Below, piece after piece: positions 35,047 to 45,696 of a DNA stretch of 64,000 nucleotides (positions are counted from its first letter, which is position 1; each line of letters opens with the position of its first letter). The position numbers and the translations under genes are program-made. Source of the DNA: a virus; the IMG/VR virus record IMGVR_UViG_3300008117_000088, positions 1 to 64,000 of that record. One strand, 5' to 3'. Below the pieces are notes generated by a model that had not been told where the DNA came from, searched no databases, and saw nothing but the letters and a program-made list of their open reading frames with translations.

Positions 35047-36287
35047 AGGTCTTCACCTGACATCTCACGAAATGTTCCAGAGTCCCAACCCCAAGCAAGG
35101 AATGTAGATCCTGGACCAGAATTACGGCTGGCAAGAATGGAAAGAATGCGAGTTTCATCAACACTATCTTCAGGTTTTTCTAGACCGAAAATAACGTCTG
35201 CATCTTGATAGAAAGATGATGAGTAACCAATAGAGTTAGCGGTTAGTCGCCCGCCTTTGCCTTTCTTCCAATCAAGAGACTGAGTAGTTATAACAATAGG
35301 AAGACTGTACTTCTGCGCCAATCTTTTAAATCCACGAGTTAAGTTAGTTAAAGCTTGTGGGGTGTTAGATTCTCCAGTCTGCTCATCAATCATCAAATAC
35401 ATACCGTCAATAAAAAGAATTCCAGGTTGATGTGTTTGTAGTTTTGCAGCTACCTGAGAAAGAGTGGCTCCTGAAGATTGATCAACCAACCAAAACTTGT
35501 TTTTGTCTTCTCTCATTCGTTCAATAACTAGGCGAGAATATCTAAGTTCTTCGTCAGGTGTAAGTGTTCCTGTGATTAAACGCTGGTGTGAAACTCTTGC
35601 TCTCATTGCATCGTAACGATCTTCTTGCTCTCTGTTACTCATCTCAAACGAATAGAACATAGGCGTTACATCCGAGTTTACGTGGATGTTAATGGCAATT
35701 TGCATAGCAACAGTTGATTTACCTGTTTTAGGGGTAGCGGTAATAACAATCAATTGTTCTGGTTGAAGACCGTTAGTTACTTTATCAATAGTAGGAAAAC
35801 CTGTAGGTAGCCCAAGCAAACCGTCTGGTATTTCTTTACGGCGTTGATACCGTTCCCAACGTCTATCTAGTTCCGGCTCTTGCGTAATATCTACGTCGTT
35901 GCTTTTAGAAAAACCTTGATCGTCCATTTGGACAATACCGGCTTCAAGAACTCTAACAGCAGCTTCGTGGTCGTTTTCCCTATCTAACTTCTCGATAGCG
36001 TCTCTAAGAATATTGGCAGTAGTTATTCTGCGACGCGAAGAAACTAACGAATCAAGAATGTAATCAATAGAATCAGTTACTGGAGCAAGTTCAAAAGAAG
36101 GGTAATTTTCTTTAACAACTTCTAGGCTGGGGCATTCGCCATATCTGCTGTGGTGTTCTCTTAAAAACACCCAAATCTTTTTATCGTTTTCATCTGAGAA
36201 CCAAGATTGATTAACCTGACGATCAAATAAAGGTACAAGGTCACGACTTTCAATCGCCTTACTTAATAAACGTTTTTCGTTATTCAT
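35043..36287 (-). CDS. dnaB: replicative DNA helicase
   Basis: TGFPTID, ATPKTGKS, EMS, IDG, QDAD. Confidence 0.92.
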   Translation of the reverse strand: MNNEKRLLSKAIESRDLVPLFDRQVNQSWFSDENDKKIWVFLREHHSRYGECPSLEVVKENYPSFELAPVTDSIDYILDSLVSSRRRITTANILRDAIEKLDRENDHEAAVRVLEAGIVQMDDQGFSKSNDVDITQEPELDRRWERYQRRKEIPDGLLGLPTGFPTIDKVTNGLQPEQLIVITATPKTGKSTVAMQIAINIHVNSDVTPMFYSFEMSNREQEDRYDAMRARVSHQRLITGTLTPDEELRYSRLVIERMREDKNKFWLVDQSSGATLSQVAAKLQTHQPGILFIDGMYLMIDEQTGESNTPQALTNLTRGFKRLAQKYSLPIVITTQSLDWKKGKGGRLTANSIGYSSSFYQDADVIFGLEKPEDSVDETRILSILASRNSGPGSTFLAWGWDSGTFREMSGEDL

Positions 36288-36694
36288 AACCTCGTTATAT
36301 CCATTCCCCAGTGCCCGTACCGTAACAGACGGCTTGGCATGTCTATGACACCCAAAAGTTCCGGTCTATACGGAAGTTGGCTAACCAAATCTTCCACAGA
36401 TGTGTAAGCAACGCAATACCTGAAAGGATTGGTTCCGTACTCATCTAACGTATCAAACAATTTTTGCAGTTCTTCTTGTGACAAGTCAAATGAGGCTAGT
36501 TCTATCGTGTAAGGAACTTGCATTCCCCACAAGTACAACTTGCTTAAGACTTCTTTTTTAAAAGAAACTTTTTTGCGCGTCTGTTTAAATAATTTATATT
36601 TGCGTGGAAGTTTTTCATACTCCAGCAAAACAAAAACGTTAGTAGTAACAATTACACGCTTAGGTATATCGTTACTGATATCCCCAAACTGCAT
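36284..36694 (-). CDS. hypothetical protein
   Basis: ORF track. Confidence 0.7.
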   Translation of the reverse strand: MQFGDISNDIPKRVIVTTNVFVLLEYEKLPRKYKLFKQTRKKVSFKKEVLSKLYLWGMQVPYTIELASFDLSQEELQKLFDTLDEYGTNPFRYCVAYTSVEDLVSQLPYRPELLGVIDMPSRLLRYGHWGMDITRL

Positions 36695-37003
36695 TTAAAA
36701 AACTTCTATCTTTGCAAAACGAATTACAAAGTCTCTAAATGCTTCTGGAGAAGACTCGGCTACCTTTGCGTCTGTAGGGGTGGCGGACTTTAGTATCTCT
36801 AACGGATAAGTTCCACCATTTGACTCAATACGAGCTTTTACAAATCGAGTGTGCTTGCAAGTTGACCGTCCGTTAAAACCTGGACAGGTGCAGTACAACT
36901 TTCCGTTATTACTGCTAACTTCAAAGATGCAAGGACCGGGGCTGGCAGCAGGACTTAAGAAGATCTGTATAAGTCGGCTCTGCTCCACTGATGACTCCAT
37001 CAT
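36695..37003 (-). CDS. SWIM zinc-finger protein
   Basis: CTCPGF...CKH. Confidence 0.8.
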   Translation of the reverse strand: MMESSVEQSRLIQIFLSPAASPGPCIFEVSSNNGKLYCTCPGFNGRSTCKHTRFVKARIESNGGTYPLEILKSATPTDAKVAESSPEAFRDFVIRFAKIEVF

Positions 37004-37683
37004 ATTCGTCTGAGGTCTCCCTTCTCCGATTTTAGTTCAATATTGGCAAATGCTTCATGGGTAAAGCTACCTGTGGCTTCACCGTACCATTCAGGCCACT
37101 TTTCTTGCAAAATATTAGAAGTTACGATGGTAGGAAGCCCTCTGTTAAAACGGCTTCTCAATACGTGATGCAATAAATTCTTATTCCATCCGCTTCCACT
37201 TGGATGCTCACGCCCAACATCATCTAAAACCAAAATCTTTATATTTCGGTACTCATCTTTGTGCTCTCCCATAATGCCTGCAAAAAGGTTTTGAGTAGAT
37301 TCATCTACGTACTCTTCCATGGTTAAACCCTTTAGATCTACCAAAGATGCGTAAGTTATAAAGTAGCAGGGGCGTGCGTCGTTTAAAGAAAAAACGTCTT
37401 GTGAGAAAGTACGCATAGCCTCTTGAATAATTGAAGCTGCTAAAGTTGTTTTGCCGTTACCTGGACTTCCGTAAAACGCTAAACCCTTACCGCAAGTTCT
37501 TTCTCCAATAGCATCAATAATTTTTCCTGACTGAACCTTATGAAGCCAGCCTTTTACAATGCTTAAAGTGTTTTCCGAAACTTCCAAACAATCAGATAAT
37601 TCCCAACCAATTAAATGAGACGGCAAACCTGCAGACCTAATCCAAGTATTTCTACGAAGTTTTAAATCGTTTACGTTAAACAA
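37000..37683 (-). CDS. DnaC/IstB-like helicase loader ATPase
   Basis: GSPGNGKT, LVLDDVGRE, R...PTIVTSN. Confidence 0.88.
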   Translation of the reverse strand: MFNVNDLKLRRNTWIRSAGLPSHLIGWELSDCLEVSENTLSIVKGWLHKVQSGKIIDAIGERTCGKGLAFYGSPGNGKTTLAASIIQEAMRTFSQDVFSLNDARPCYFITYASLVDLKGLTMEEYVDESTQNLFAGIMGEHKDEYRNIKILVLDDVGREHPSGSGWNKNLLHHVLRSRFNRGLPTIVTSNILQEKWPEWYGEATGSFTHEAFANIELKSEKGDLRRI

Positions 37684-38599
37684 TGTTTCCGAACTCCCTC
37701 ATCGCTCTAGCCATTGATTCCTCTGCAACCTTCTGAGTCTCCTCAGTAACTTGGGACATCTTAACCTCACCAATCAAGGATGCAAACCGACTTATGTAAA
37801 GTCTCCAAAGAACCTCAGCGTCTTTGTAATCTTTTATGTTTATCTGGCGAAAGAATATATCCATAACAGCAACTTCTAGTTCGCCGTTAGTGCCAAGACG
37901 ACTACGTAATCCAGCAAGTGCCCCAGAGAACTGGCTTTGATTTACTTTCCAAGGTTCGATATGGAAGTGCTGGTCGATGCGATCAGCAAACTCATAACAA
38001 ACGTCAACCACTCGCCAATCTTCCATCAGGTTACGCTCTCTAAAAGTCTTGCGTTCACCTTGAAGCTCTCGCCTAGCCTTAGTCTGGTCAGATTTTCTTT
38101 TATCGCTGGCCGCCTTTGACTCAGCCTTTTTAACTTTCTGGTCCTTAACCAGCTCTTCCTTAAGTTCGGCGGTCGGATCGGACGTCGAATCAAATAATCC
38201 TCCCCATCCCATATCGCTCACCTCGATTTCCATAGTCTTGAACTCTTCCTTTGGCTCCGCCAAAGAATGTTTATTACTTATAACAGTAGAATATTTATTA
38301 TTCTGCTTTATTAGCCTATTCCGTGTAATAGCAGTCGCATTATGTGACTCCACAAAACGTGGAATCCCAAACATAGACCGCTCTGCTTTTTTGGTTAGTT
38401 TAGACGCTGTCACAATTCGGTTTTCAACTCTAAGCAGGTTTGTTTTTATGTAGTTGTTTTCACGCAACTCTTTCAAACCGCTTAGCGCTGCTCTACGTCC
38501 AACGCCAAAGTGATCCATCATGGACTCAGCTGAGATATTTAACCCATGCTGGTAGATGGCTACCAAAAAGCCGTATGCCTTGGCTGAAATGTCTTTCAC
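37676..38599 (-). CDS. probable replication initiator (N-terminal HTH)
   Basis: ISAKAYG...GLKEL...YI; directly upstream of the loader. Confidence 0.65.
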   Translation of the reverse strand: MKDISAKAYGFLVAIYQHGLNISAESMMDHFGVGRRAALSGLKELRENNYIKTNLLRVENRIVTASKLTKKAERSMFGIPRFVESHNATAITRNRLIKQNNKYSTVISNKHSLAEPKEEFKTMEIEVSDMGWGGLFDSTSDPTAELKEELVKDQKVKKAESKAASDKRKSDQTKARRELQGERKTFRERNLMEDWRVVDVCYEFADRIDQHFHIEPWKVNQSQFSGALAGLRSRLGTNGELEVAVMDIFFRQINIKDYKDAEVLWRLYISRFASLIGEVKMSQVTEETQKVAEESMARAMREFGNIV

Positions 38600-39153
38600 T
38601 TAATGACCCCTGAGTCCCTTAACTGGGCGAGGACGATATCAGCAACCTTGACCGCAATGCGAGAGGCTAGGTCGTCTTCCTCAATAACCACCTTTGGGGC
38701 TTCTGGGGCGTTTAGAGACGGTGTAATGGCATTCCCAGCCGATATCTCTACCAAACCTAGGCAAAGGTCGTAGCAGGGCACAGAAGCCGTTTTAAGGGCT
38801 GTTTGTAGTGCGACCGTGTTCGAGTCTTCCTCAGTCCAAAGCAAAAAGGCTACAGAGCCGTTTTCAGCGGTTCCAGCCAGTTCTACCGTAGCCTGTATTG
38901 GATCCGACGAATGGTGCAAATCGGACGTATTGAGTCCAATCAACAAAGCGTTCTCTGGAGCAACCACCAAGCTAGGTATCCCTAAGTCATGGGCTAATTG
39001 ATGAGCCCATATCTGACCCTGACTTGGTCTATCGTAAAACGGAAGAACTAATCTGAAGTCCTTGCCATTGCCTCGAAAATAGTCTTCTAAAAGGGCTTCT
39101 ACGTTTACCCGTGTAGTTTCTTTGTTTCCAGCAACTATTAAAAATGATCCCAT
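38596..39153 (-). CDS. hypothetical protein
   Basis: ORF track; SD AGGAGG. Confidence 0.7.
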   Translation of the reverse strand: MGSFLIVAGNKETTRVNVEALLEDYFRGNGKDFRLVLPFYDRPSQGQIWAHQLAHDLGIPSLVVAPENALLIGLNTSDLHHSSDPIQATVELAGTAENGSVAFLLWTEEDSNTVALQTALKTASVPCYDLCLGLVEISAGNAITPSLNAPEAPKVVIEEDDLASRIAVKVADIVLAQLRDSGVIK

Positions 39154-39200
39154 GTGATCCTCCTAGGCGGTGGATACTACACAGACTTTTTAACCGGCGT

Positions 39201-41441
39201 CTACTCCTCGGGTTGAGCCAGCCTAATTACGAAAGGAGTTCCGTGAACTAGGTAGTTAGGTAATTGAGCAATTAAGCGTAGTTGAGTAGCAACTCTGTTC
39301 TTGTAGTAGTGAGATCTAGACTCGTAGGGGCTACTCTCCCACACAAGGTCTGAAGTTGAGCTGAATCCTGTGCTTCCATCAAAATATGGTTTTGCAATTG
39401 TTGAGCGCTCAAACATACAACTGTCTAAATGGATAATTTGTCCGTTAAGAGGGTTATCCCAAACAAATTTAATTTTGGCGTAAGCCGCGTTTGTTGGGGA
39501 AAGCGCAGAATATGAGTTTCTAACAAAATCAAGTTTTAAATCTTGAACATATGTTCCTGGATTAACTTCCGTTAAATCAATGTCAGGTCCCGCTGCAACC
39601 ACTTGAAAGAACCTTCCAGAAACAAATTGAACTTCATATTCTCCATCCAAAGAAGGATCATCAAAGTCTAAAAGACGAACGTCTTGACCAGCAACGAGAC
39701 TTGTTGTTTCTGATGTATATACCGTCAAAATACCTTGAGTTCTGTAGTACTCAGTTACATTATAGAACTCGGTTAAGTTTTTAGCGGAATCAGTGCTTGT
39801 AGAAATAAGAGTTTGGTTAGAGTCATACCAAGAAATAACCCAGTTACCTAAACGATCTTCTGCTCTATCTCCTGTAAAACCTGTTCTTATGTAACCACTT
39901 GCGCTGTACCAAAATCCTGAAGACACAGGCATAAATCTGTTATAAGAAACTTCAACTACGTCATTTGTCGTAGAAGTTAATGCTAAAGAATACGCGCTAT
40001 TTCTATCCGTATCTTTAATTGTATTTGTTCTAGTCCCAGTTGCGCCGGTAACAACCCAAGGAGTTATTGTTGTGTCAAACCCAGGGTTTTCAAGTTCGTT
40101 GACTCTTGTGGCTTTTAAAGTAATGTTAATTCCTCTAGCCTCTTCAAAATCTGTAACGCCAATTGAGCTTTCTTCTACTTGAGCTGCGTCAAAGTAATGA
40201 ACTTCACTAGCTGCAGATCCTTGAATTCGAATTGTTGGAACCATAAAAAAGCAATCAACGGGCGCCGTGTCGGTCACTGAACCACGAGTCCAACCACCGG
40301 CTGAATTTGTCCAGTTAGTTTCGCCAGCACGAGACAGTTCTTGTCCGTATAGATTAAACCAACGTATATCTAAGTAAATGCCTCTTGTTGTTGAGGCTGC
40401 TCTTGAGTAAATAGAGAACGTATAAACAAAACCTTCTTTTACAGGTATGCCACGTGTTTTAGGTGCGCTAAGTCCGCAAGCAAACTCTGCGTCACCACCA
40501 GAACCACAGGTAACTCTTAGAGCACCAGTAGCTTTGTTTGGGAAAAGGGAAGGTAATGTAGACTCTACGTACGGAGCAACTACTGCATTGTTAACTCTAT
40601 CAAGAGTTGCTCTAGCAATTGATGCCCAACGACCAACAGACTCTTCAAAAGAAGAATCATTGTAATCAAGCATGATGTTTTTGCTTGGTGTAGTTATTTG
40701 ATCGTATCCAGTAAAAGCTTTAATAAAATTTTCAATACCCTCTAAACTACCTTTTGATTTGTCAATATAAGCAACGTTACGCAAAAGAATACGTGACTGT
40801 TGTAATCCAAGTTCTGGCTCAAAAGCCAAACCAAATTGTTGCATCATTACAGGAATGATTGGGGCGTACGCTACTGAGGTATCGTATGTTTGACGAACAA
40901 GGTCTGCGTTAGTCTTGTACAAGTCTAAAGCAACAGCAAAAATTCTTAAAAAGTCTTCGAGGTCTTCATTTGCCCCAGTATCTGTAATAACCTTTAAGTT
41001 ATTTGTTCTGTAAATTCCAGGTATGGCGTTGTATAGATAATCAAAAGTTCCGTAGTCTTTAATAGAAATTGCAAAAGCGTTACCGGCTTTTACCCAAACT
41101 TCGTTTTGAGTATCAAAAACAAAAAGACTGTAGTGATAAGCAATTCCTGGTTTTAAACCAATTTCGTCCGGAATTTGACCAGTGTCATCGTATACACCTA
41201 CGTCAAAGCTTTTAGGTTCATCGTAAACCACAGCACCATCATCCACAGACAAAGGGAATCCATAGGTGTTACGGACTAAACGAATTCTTGACCAGTCTCC
41301 AGAAGGAGAGGTCCATTCAAGACGAATTTTTTGATAGCCGATAGGCGTCGCTGTAAACGGGGATGCGTCAAACTCAACAAAAGAAGTTGAGTCTGATCCG
41401 TACGCAACTAAACCGTAGTAATCAACGCCATAGCGTGCCAT
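39201..41441 (-). CDS. baseplate/tail protein (P2 gpI-like plus carbohydrate-binding-like modules)
   Basis: LYNAIPGIYR...KSKGS..GI; SFEE/NPGF beta modules; follows baseplate J. Confidence 0.7.
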   Translation of the reverse strand: MARYGVDYYGLVAYGSDSTSFVEFDASPFTATPIGYQKIRLEWTSPSGDWSRIRLVRNTYGFPLSVDDGAVVYDEPKSFDVGVYDDTGQIPDEIGLKPGIAYHYSLFVFDTQNEVWVKAGNAFAISIKDYGTFDYLYNAIPGIYRTNNLKVITDTGANEDLEDFLRIFAVALDLYKTNADLVRQTYDTSVAYAPIIPVMMQQFGLAFEPELGLQQSRILLRNVAYIDKSKGSLEGIENFIKAFTGYDQITTPSKNIMLDYNDSSFEESVGRWASIARATLDRVNNAVVAPYVESTLPSLFPNKATGALRVTCGSGGDAEFACGLSAPKTRGIPVKEGFVYTFSIYSRAASTTRGIYLDIRWFNLYGQELSRAGETNWTNSAGGWTRGSVTDTAPVDCFFMVPTIRIQGSAASEVHYFDAAQVEESSIGVTDFEEARGINITLKATRVNELENPGFDTTITPWVVTGATGTRTNTIKDTDRNSAYSLALTSTTNDVVEVSYNRFMPVSSGFWYSASGYIRTGFTGDRAEDRLGNWVISWYDSNQTLISTSTDSAKNLTEFYNVTEYYRTQGILTVYTSETTSLVAGQDVRLLDFDDPSLDGEYEVQFVSGRFFQVVAAGPDIDLTEVNPGTYVQDLKLDFVRNSYSALSPTNAAYAKIKFVWDNPLNGQIIHLDSCMFERSTIAKPYFDGSTGFSSTSDLVWESSPYESRSHYYKNRVATQLRLIAQLPNYLVHGTPFVIRLAQPEE

Positions 41442-41444
41442 TTA

Positions 41445-41921
41445 TTACGACCCTAAAATGCCAAGAAGTAAAGCGTGGTCTGTTTCTGGCGCTGATACAG
41501 ATGGGACCGACAATACGCCGCTTGCCGAAACGCTTGCTAACAAAGTATTAGACGAGTTACGCCATTCCAATAGATTTGCGCTTTGACTGGCCGCCCCTCT
41601 AATAACTAATGCTACGTTGGTAGAAGTTCCGTTAACGATTGTTTCGTTACCTGTTTTTCTAACATACTGCGTATGCACATCCGCGACAATACCGGTTTCA
41701 ATATTTGCCAATCTTTGTACAAGAGTGGTGTATTGAGTCGCTGTTGCTGAAAAAGTTCCTGATGGAGAAGGGGCTGTTGAAAGCGCTGGGTTTAAACCAA
41801 TTGTGCTCTCAATAGCAACAACTTCTTCTTGTAATGAATTTGGGTGAGCTGCGTCAATAATGTCAACAACGTTTGTTTTGTTAACAAAGGGACGTACCGC
41901 ACCTGGATAACTGGCTGCCAT
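41445..41921 (-). CDS. tail/baseplate-associated protein
   Basis: AAHPNSLQEEVVAIE; position. Confidence 0.6.
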   Translation of the reverse strand: MAASYPGAVRPFVNKTNVVDIIDAAHPNSLQEEVVAIESTIGLNPALSTAPSPSGTFSATATQYTTLVQRLANIETGIVADVHTQYVRKTGNETIVNGTSTNVALVIRGAASQSANLLEWRNSSNTLLASVSASGVLSVPSVSAPETDHALLLGILGS

Positions 41922-41928
41922 ATCTCTC

Positions 41929-43392
41929 CTAACCTACGATTCCGCCACTGACGGTTACAGTAATTGTCCCCGCTGTTGGAATTTCACTTACAACAAACAC
42001 AGCATCATTAGTGCCTGATTGAGCACCATCAGCTCTAGCCAATAAGGTTACGTTTGAATAAGCCACTCCAGGGGCATTTGCCAACGCTTCAATCACATAG
42101 TGAAGAGAAATACGATCGGCAAAATTAACATTATCAAAAGCCAAAATTTCTTGAAGCGCTCTTTCAGCATTTCTTTTTACTACGCTCTGCTTGTATTGAG
42201 CAAGTGCTGTAACGCTAACAGTTATATTTACTCCAACAAATGTTGGCGGAAATAGAGTAACGCTAACGTTTGGCGGAGTTTTATCAACAAAGAATCGTTG
42301 AATTTCATTACCAAGTTGGTTAAACACCTGTGTTAAAACTCCACCGTTTTGCCCAGGGTCTCCAAACGGTGCAATATAAAGGTTAACGCTTGTGTAAACC
42401 TCTGATGTTGCAACTGCTTTAGCAACACCCGATACCTGTAAAGCAAGATCTGAATAATCTTTTAGCGACACGGCACGGTTTTGTACTCGGAGGCTGGCTG
42501 GAGCATTGACACGTATTGAGTCAGTTGATTCCGCGTCAGCTCCACCAGAAGCAGCCGCTGCGTTGTTAACAGTTAGTCCAGGAGAGTAGTTTGTAAGAAT
42601 GTTCTTTAATGTATTGGAGTTTACGTTTCCAATAGTTCCGCCACCTACTCGATAGGTAACTAAAATTTGAGAGTTTGCTGGAGGAATACGACCGCTTACA
42701 CCATCACCAAATACAATCTTGGTTACGTCCTCGGCATCAGTTACGCTGTAGAACACAGCATCTGTTCCAGAGGCGTCAATTAAATACGGGACGCTAATGT
42801 AAACAGTATCGTTAACCGTTACAGATATGCTGTTATTAATAACAGGAGTGTTATCAAGTATGAACTCTTGATCTGAAGTTCCGTTTGAGTCTCCAACATC
42901 TTCGTTTACTATTGTTTGACCCTGTGTAGCGGCTGCGTTTGCCTGACCGCTAGTAGAACCAACCGCAGCTGGCACAGTAACAGCAGAATTTGTTTCAAAT
43001 ATAACTTGAGTGGTAACACCGTTAACAATTGTTGTAGTTGCTACTTGAGTTAATGCTGGTACGACAATTGCAGCGTTGGTGCTGTTGTAAAAGGTAAGAG
43101 TAACTGTTGCTGGAATGCTTCCAGTTGGAGTGTATCCAAGCAAGTTAGCAATATTTAGAATGCTTTGGCGTTGGCTTGCTGTAGACAAGAACGCCTCATT
43201 AGCCGCTCTATCAATGTAATAATTAAGAAGGTCTCCAAGATAGGAAAACATTTCCAAAAGAATGATTCCAAAGTCAGCGGGGTCACGGGTTGTCCATTGA
43301 GGCGCGTATAGAGGAATTAAGTTGACTAGATCTTCTCTAATAGAGTCATAATCTCTAGAGGTATAGTCAATCTGAGGTATGAAATTAGCCAT
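41929..43392 (-). CDS. baseplate wedge protein (gpJ/gp6-like)
   Basis: IDYTSRDY, YYIDR.ANE.FL.TA, FGDG..GR.P, GGAD.E, RAVS..DY. Confidence 0.9.
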   Translation of the reverse strand: MANFIPQIDYTSRDYDSIREDLVNLIPLYAPQWTTRDPADFGIILLEMFSYLGDLLNYYIDRAANEAFLSTASQRQSILNIANLLGYTPTGSIPATVTLTFYNSTNAAIVVPALTQVATTTIVNGVTTQVIFETNSAVTVPAAVGSTSGQANAAATQGQTIVNEDVGDSNGTSDQEFILDNTPVINNSISVTVNDTVYISVPYLIDASGTDAVFYSVTDAEDVTKIVFGDGVSGRIPPANSQILVTYRVGGGTIGNVNSNTLKNILTNYSPGLTVNNAAAASGGADAESTDSIRVNAPASLRVQNRAVSLKDYSDLALQVSGVAKAVATSEVYTSVNLYIAPFGDPGQNGGVLTQVFNQLGNEIQRFFVDKTPPNVSVTLFPPTFVGVNITVSVTALAQYKQSVVKRNAERALQEILAFDNVNFADRISLHYVIEALANAPGVAYSNVTLLARADGAQSGTNDAVFVVSEIPTAGTITVTVSGGIVG

Positions 43393-44441
43393 TACTCAAT
43401 CTCCTCAATTAACTCTCCGGCTCTGGTGAAAGATCCGATTTTGGTGGTTATGGTGTCCACTTGCTTATTTGGCAACCTATATTCTACCGAAACTGTCAGT
43501 ACTAGGTCACTTAATCCTTGGTTAGGTTCTTTTTCAATTTCAACTCTAATGAGCTTTAGTTCAGGCAAAAACTCTCCAAAAGAAGAAGTGATGGTCTGTT
43601 GTACAAAATCAATGACCGAGCCTTCCGGTTCAAACAATGCGTCGGTCGCAATGCTGCCGTAGTTTGGTCTCATTGGTCTTTCCCCAAATCGAGTAAAGAT
43701 TGCTCCAAATACCCGGTCTGCCCACTGTTTAGACTCTAGGTTGTTTGTGTTGATGGCACCTGAGGCATTGAAAGAAAAAGGAAGCGATATATCTCCGCCT
43801 TCAAACATAGCCCAAGCCGGGGTGTTTGGTCTCGGTTTATATTTACCAATTAAGCTTACAGTAGCAATAATGCCAGGCGTAGCGGGACCTACCCCTGCGG
43901 CATCAGAACTTATAAACGTATTGGTGTTGCTTGCGGATGCAACAAATTGAATGTAATCCCCGGCGTCTAAATCTAAAATAAGAGCTACGGTCATTGTAAT
44001 TTCAGAATTGTTTCCAGCTAATGTAATTTTAGTATTGCTATCAGGAATATCTACACCATTTTTTCTAAACCAAATATTAGCTGTCCCAGAGTTAGCGTTT
44101 GTTTTAGTAAGCATAGAAGAAAACTGAACAAAATAATCTCCAGTTTCTTCCACATATATTTTATCCCCATCTAAATACGTTTTATTTGCGTCTCCCTCAA
44201 CCCAACTAGTGTTGATTAAGGTAGGGGTATTAACCCCAATAGCCTGATCTCCTGTTGTGTAAAAAGTTCCATAAGGGTAGTTAATTTGGTTGATTGCACC
44301 ACCTACAGGCCAGGCCCATTCGGTCACGGCTTCGCCAAGCACTTGAGGTATGTAAAGTTTTGCTCTACCTAGGTCTAACGGATCGTCTGCGTCCGCTATT
44401 ACCCCACGATAGATACCATAAAAACGATTATCAGAGGACAT
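43392..44441 (-). CDS. fusion: gp5/gpV OB-fold with C1q-like insert plus gp25-like sheath initiator
   Basis: YGIYRG...DP..GR...WAWP; L.AGDYIQ; FEGGD then ISLPF...T..GERPMRP.YG. Confidence 0.75.
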   Translation of the reverse strand: MSSDNRFYGIYRGVIADADDPLDLGRAKLYIPQVLGEAVTEWAWPVGGAINQINYPYGTFYTTGDQAIGVNTPTLINTSWVEGDANKTYLDGDKIYVEETGDYFVQFSSMLTKTNANSGTANIWFRKNGVDIPDSNTKITLAGNNSEITMTVALILDLDAGDYIQFVASASNTNTFISSDAAGVGPATPGIIATVSLIGKYKPRPNTPAWAMFEGGDISLPFSFNASGAINTNNLESKQWADRVFGAIFTRFGERPMRPNYGSIATDALFEPEGSVIDFVQQTITSSFGEFLPELKLIRVEIEKEPNQGLSDLVLTVSVEYRLPNKQVDTITTKIGSFTRAGELIEEIE

Positions 44442-45696
44442 TTATCCATCTTTGTGCAATTATTGTTTTATTAGCAACCTTAGGTTTAGACCTATTTGTT
44501 ATGTTACCAAAACCTGTTTGAGACTTAACACCAGGATTTTTTGTACCCTTTTTTAATTTACTCTTTGGTTTTTTATTAGTTTGACGAACTCCCTTTTTAA
44601 TATTTCTTTTTGCTTTGGCTGAAGGTACTTCTACAAGTCTGTTGTCTTTACCCTGAGTTGCAGTGCCAAGTGAGTCCGTTCCCACAGTTAGGGTTGTTGT
44701 GTAAATATAGGAGTTATAAGAATTAGAAACAATTTTATGTTTTGCTTTTAGTACTACCCAAAAACCAGAATAAGTATTACCTAATCCGTCAAAGAAAGCC
44801 GGCATACCTGGGTATACAGTGGAGTCCCCAAGAACTTCTGCTTTTGCTCTATAAGGAAATCTAGTTCTTTGGTCTACTGCCTTAGATTCATTGTCAGCCA
44901 CAGAGTAATCGTTAGCGACTACTCCTGAAGCAAACCGATCGAAGAACTCAGGCTCAGCCTTTTTTCTTGTTGCCTTTGGTCGTTTTTGATTTGTAAGTTT
45001 AATTATTTTTCCAGTAAAAGCATCAACGCCAGATACGGCAGTTGCTGATTTGTATTCTCCGTCCTCAAACTCAAGGCTTTCTCCAACTAAAGGCTCAAAA
45101 GAATAAAGGGTTGATCCCTCAGGTCTAGCTGCGTCTCGCAAAGTAAAGGTAGGAGCGTTGTCTCTAAACTCTTCATACAATTTAGTCATTGAGTGAAAAT
45201 AGATTTGAGTATTTGTTACTCTTAAAAAATAACCAGATTGTTTTGCTAACTTAACCATGGTCTCCATATCGGTAAGACCGGCTTGAGAAAATTGAGGGTA
45301 AACGCGAGGGTGTGCGTCTACGTCGTAAGCAAAGTTATTTCTTTTAGCAATTGCAGTAACTATGTCTGACGCTGTTTGCTCTACGTACACTTGTTGAGAA
45401 GTTTTTTTAAGGAAGTAAGACGCGCCAATAACGTGTACTTCAACAAAACGTTTACCGGGCGTAACGTGAGGTTCAATGTGGTGCACGTAACAACTAAGCT
45501 CTTGTGTTCCATTTTGTCCGGCAAGGGTTATTAAAACAGGTGTGCCGGGGCGAATATCATCGTAATCAACGTCCCAGTCTCTAAATTGAATTGTCCCAAA
45601 GTCATGCTTGTATCTTTCCTGCCAAAAGGTCATAGAATGAACTCGAGCAGGCGGTACCTTTGCATTAGGAAAATCAACACCAACAAAGTTATACAT
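44431..45696 (-). CDS. baseplate hub (gpD/gp27-like)
   Basis: TASDIV..IA, Q...TD..L.K..G; G...YSG.W.V. Confidence 0.75.
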   Translation of the reverse strand: MYNFVGVDFPNAKVPPARVHSMTFWQERYKHDFGTIQFRDWDVDYDDIRPGTPVLITLAGQNGTQELSCYVHHIEPHVTPGKRFVEVHVIGASYFLKKTSQQVYVEQTASDIVTAIAKRNNFAYDVDAHPRVYPQFSQAGLTDMETMVKLAKQSGYFLRVTNTQIYFHSMTKLYEEFRDNAPTFTLRDAARPEGSTLYSFEPLVGESLEFEDGEYKSATAVSGVDAFTGKIIKLTNQKRPKATRKKAEPEFFDRFASGVVANDYSVADNESKAVDQRTRFPYRAKAEVLGDSTVYPGMPAFFDGLGNTYSGFWVVLKAKHKIVSNSYNSYIYTTTLTVGTDSLGTATQGKDNRLVEVPSAKAKRNIKKGVRQTNKKPKSKLKKGTKNPGVKSQTGFGNITNRSKPKVANKTIIAQRWINVL

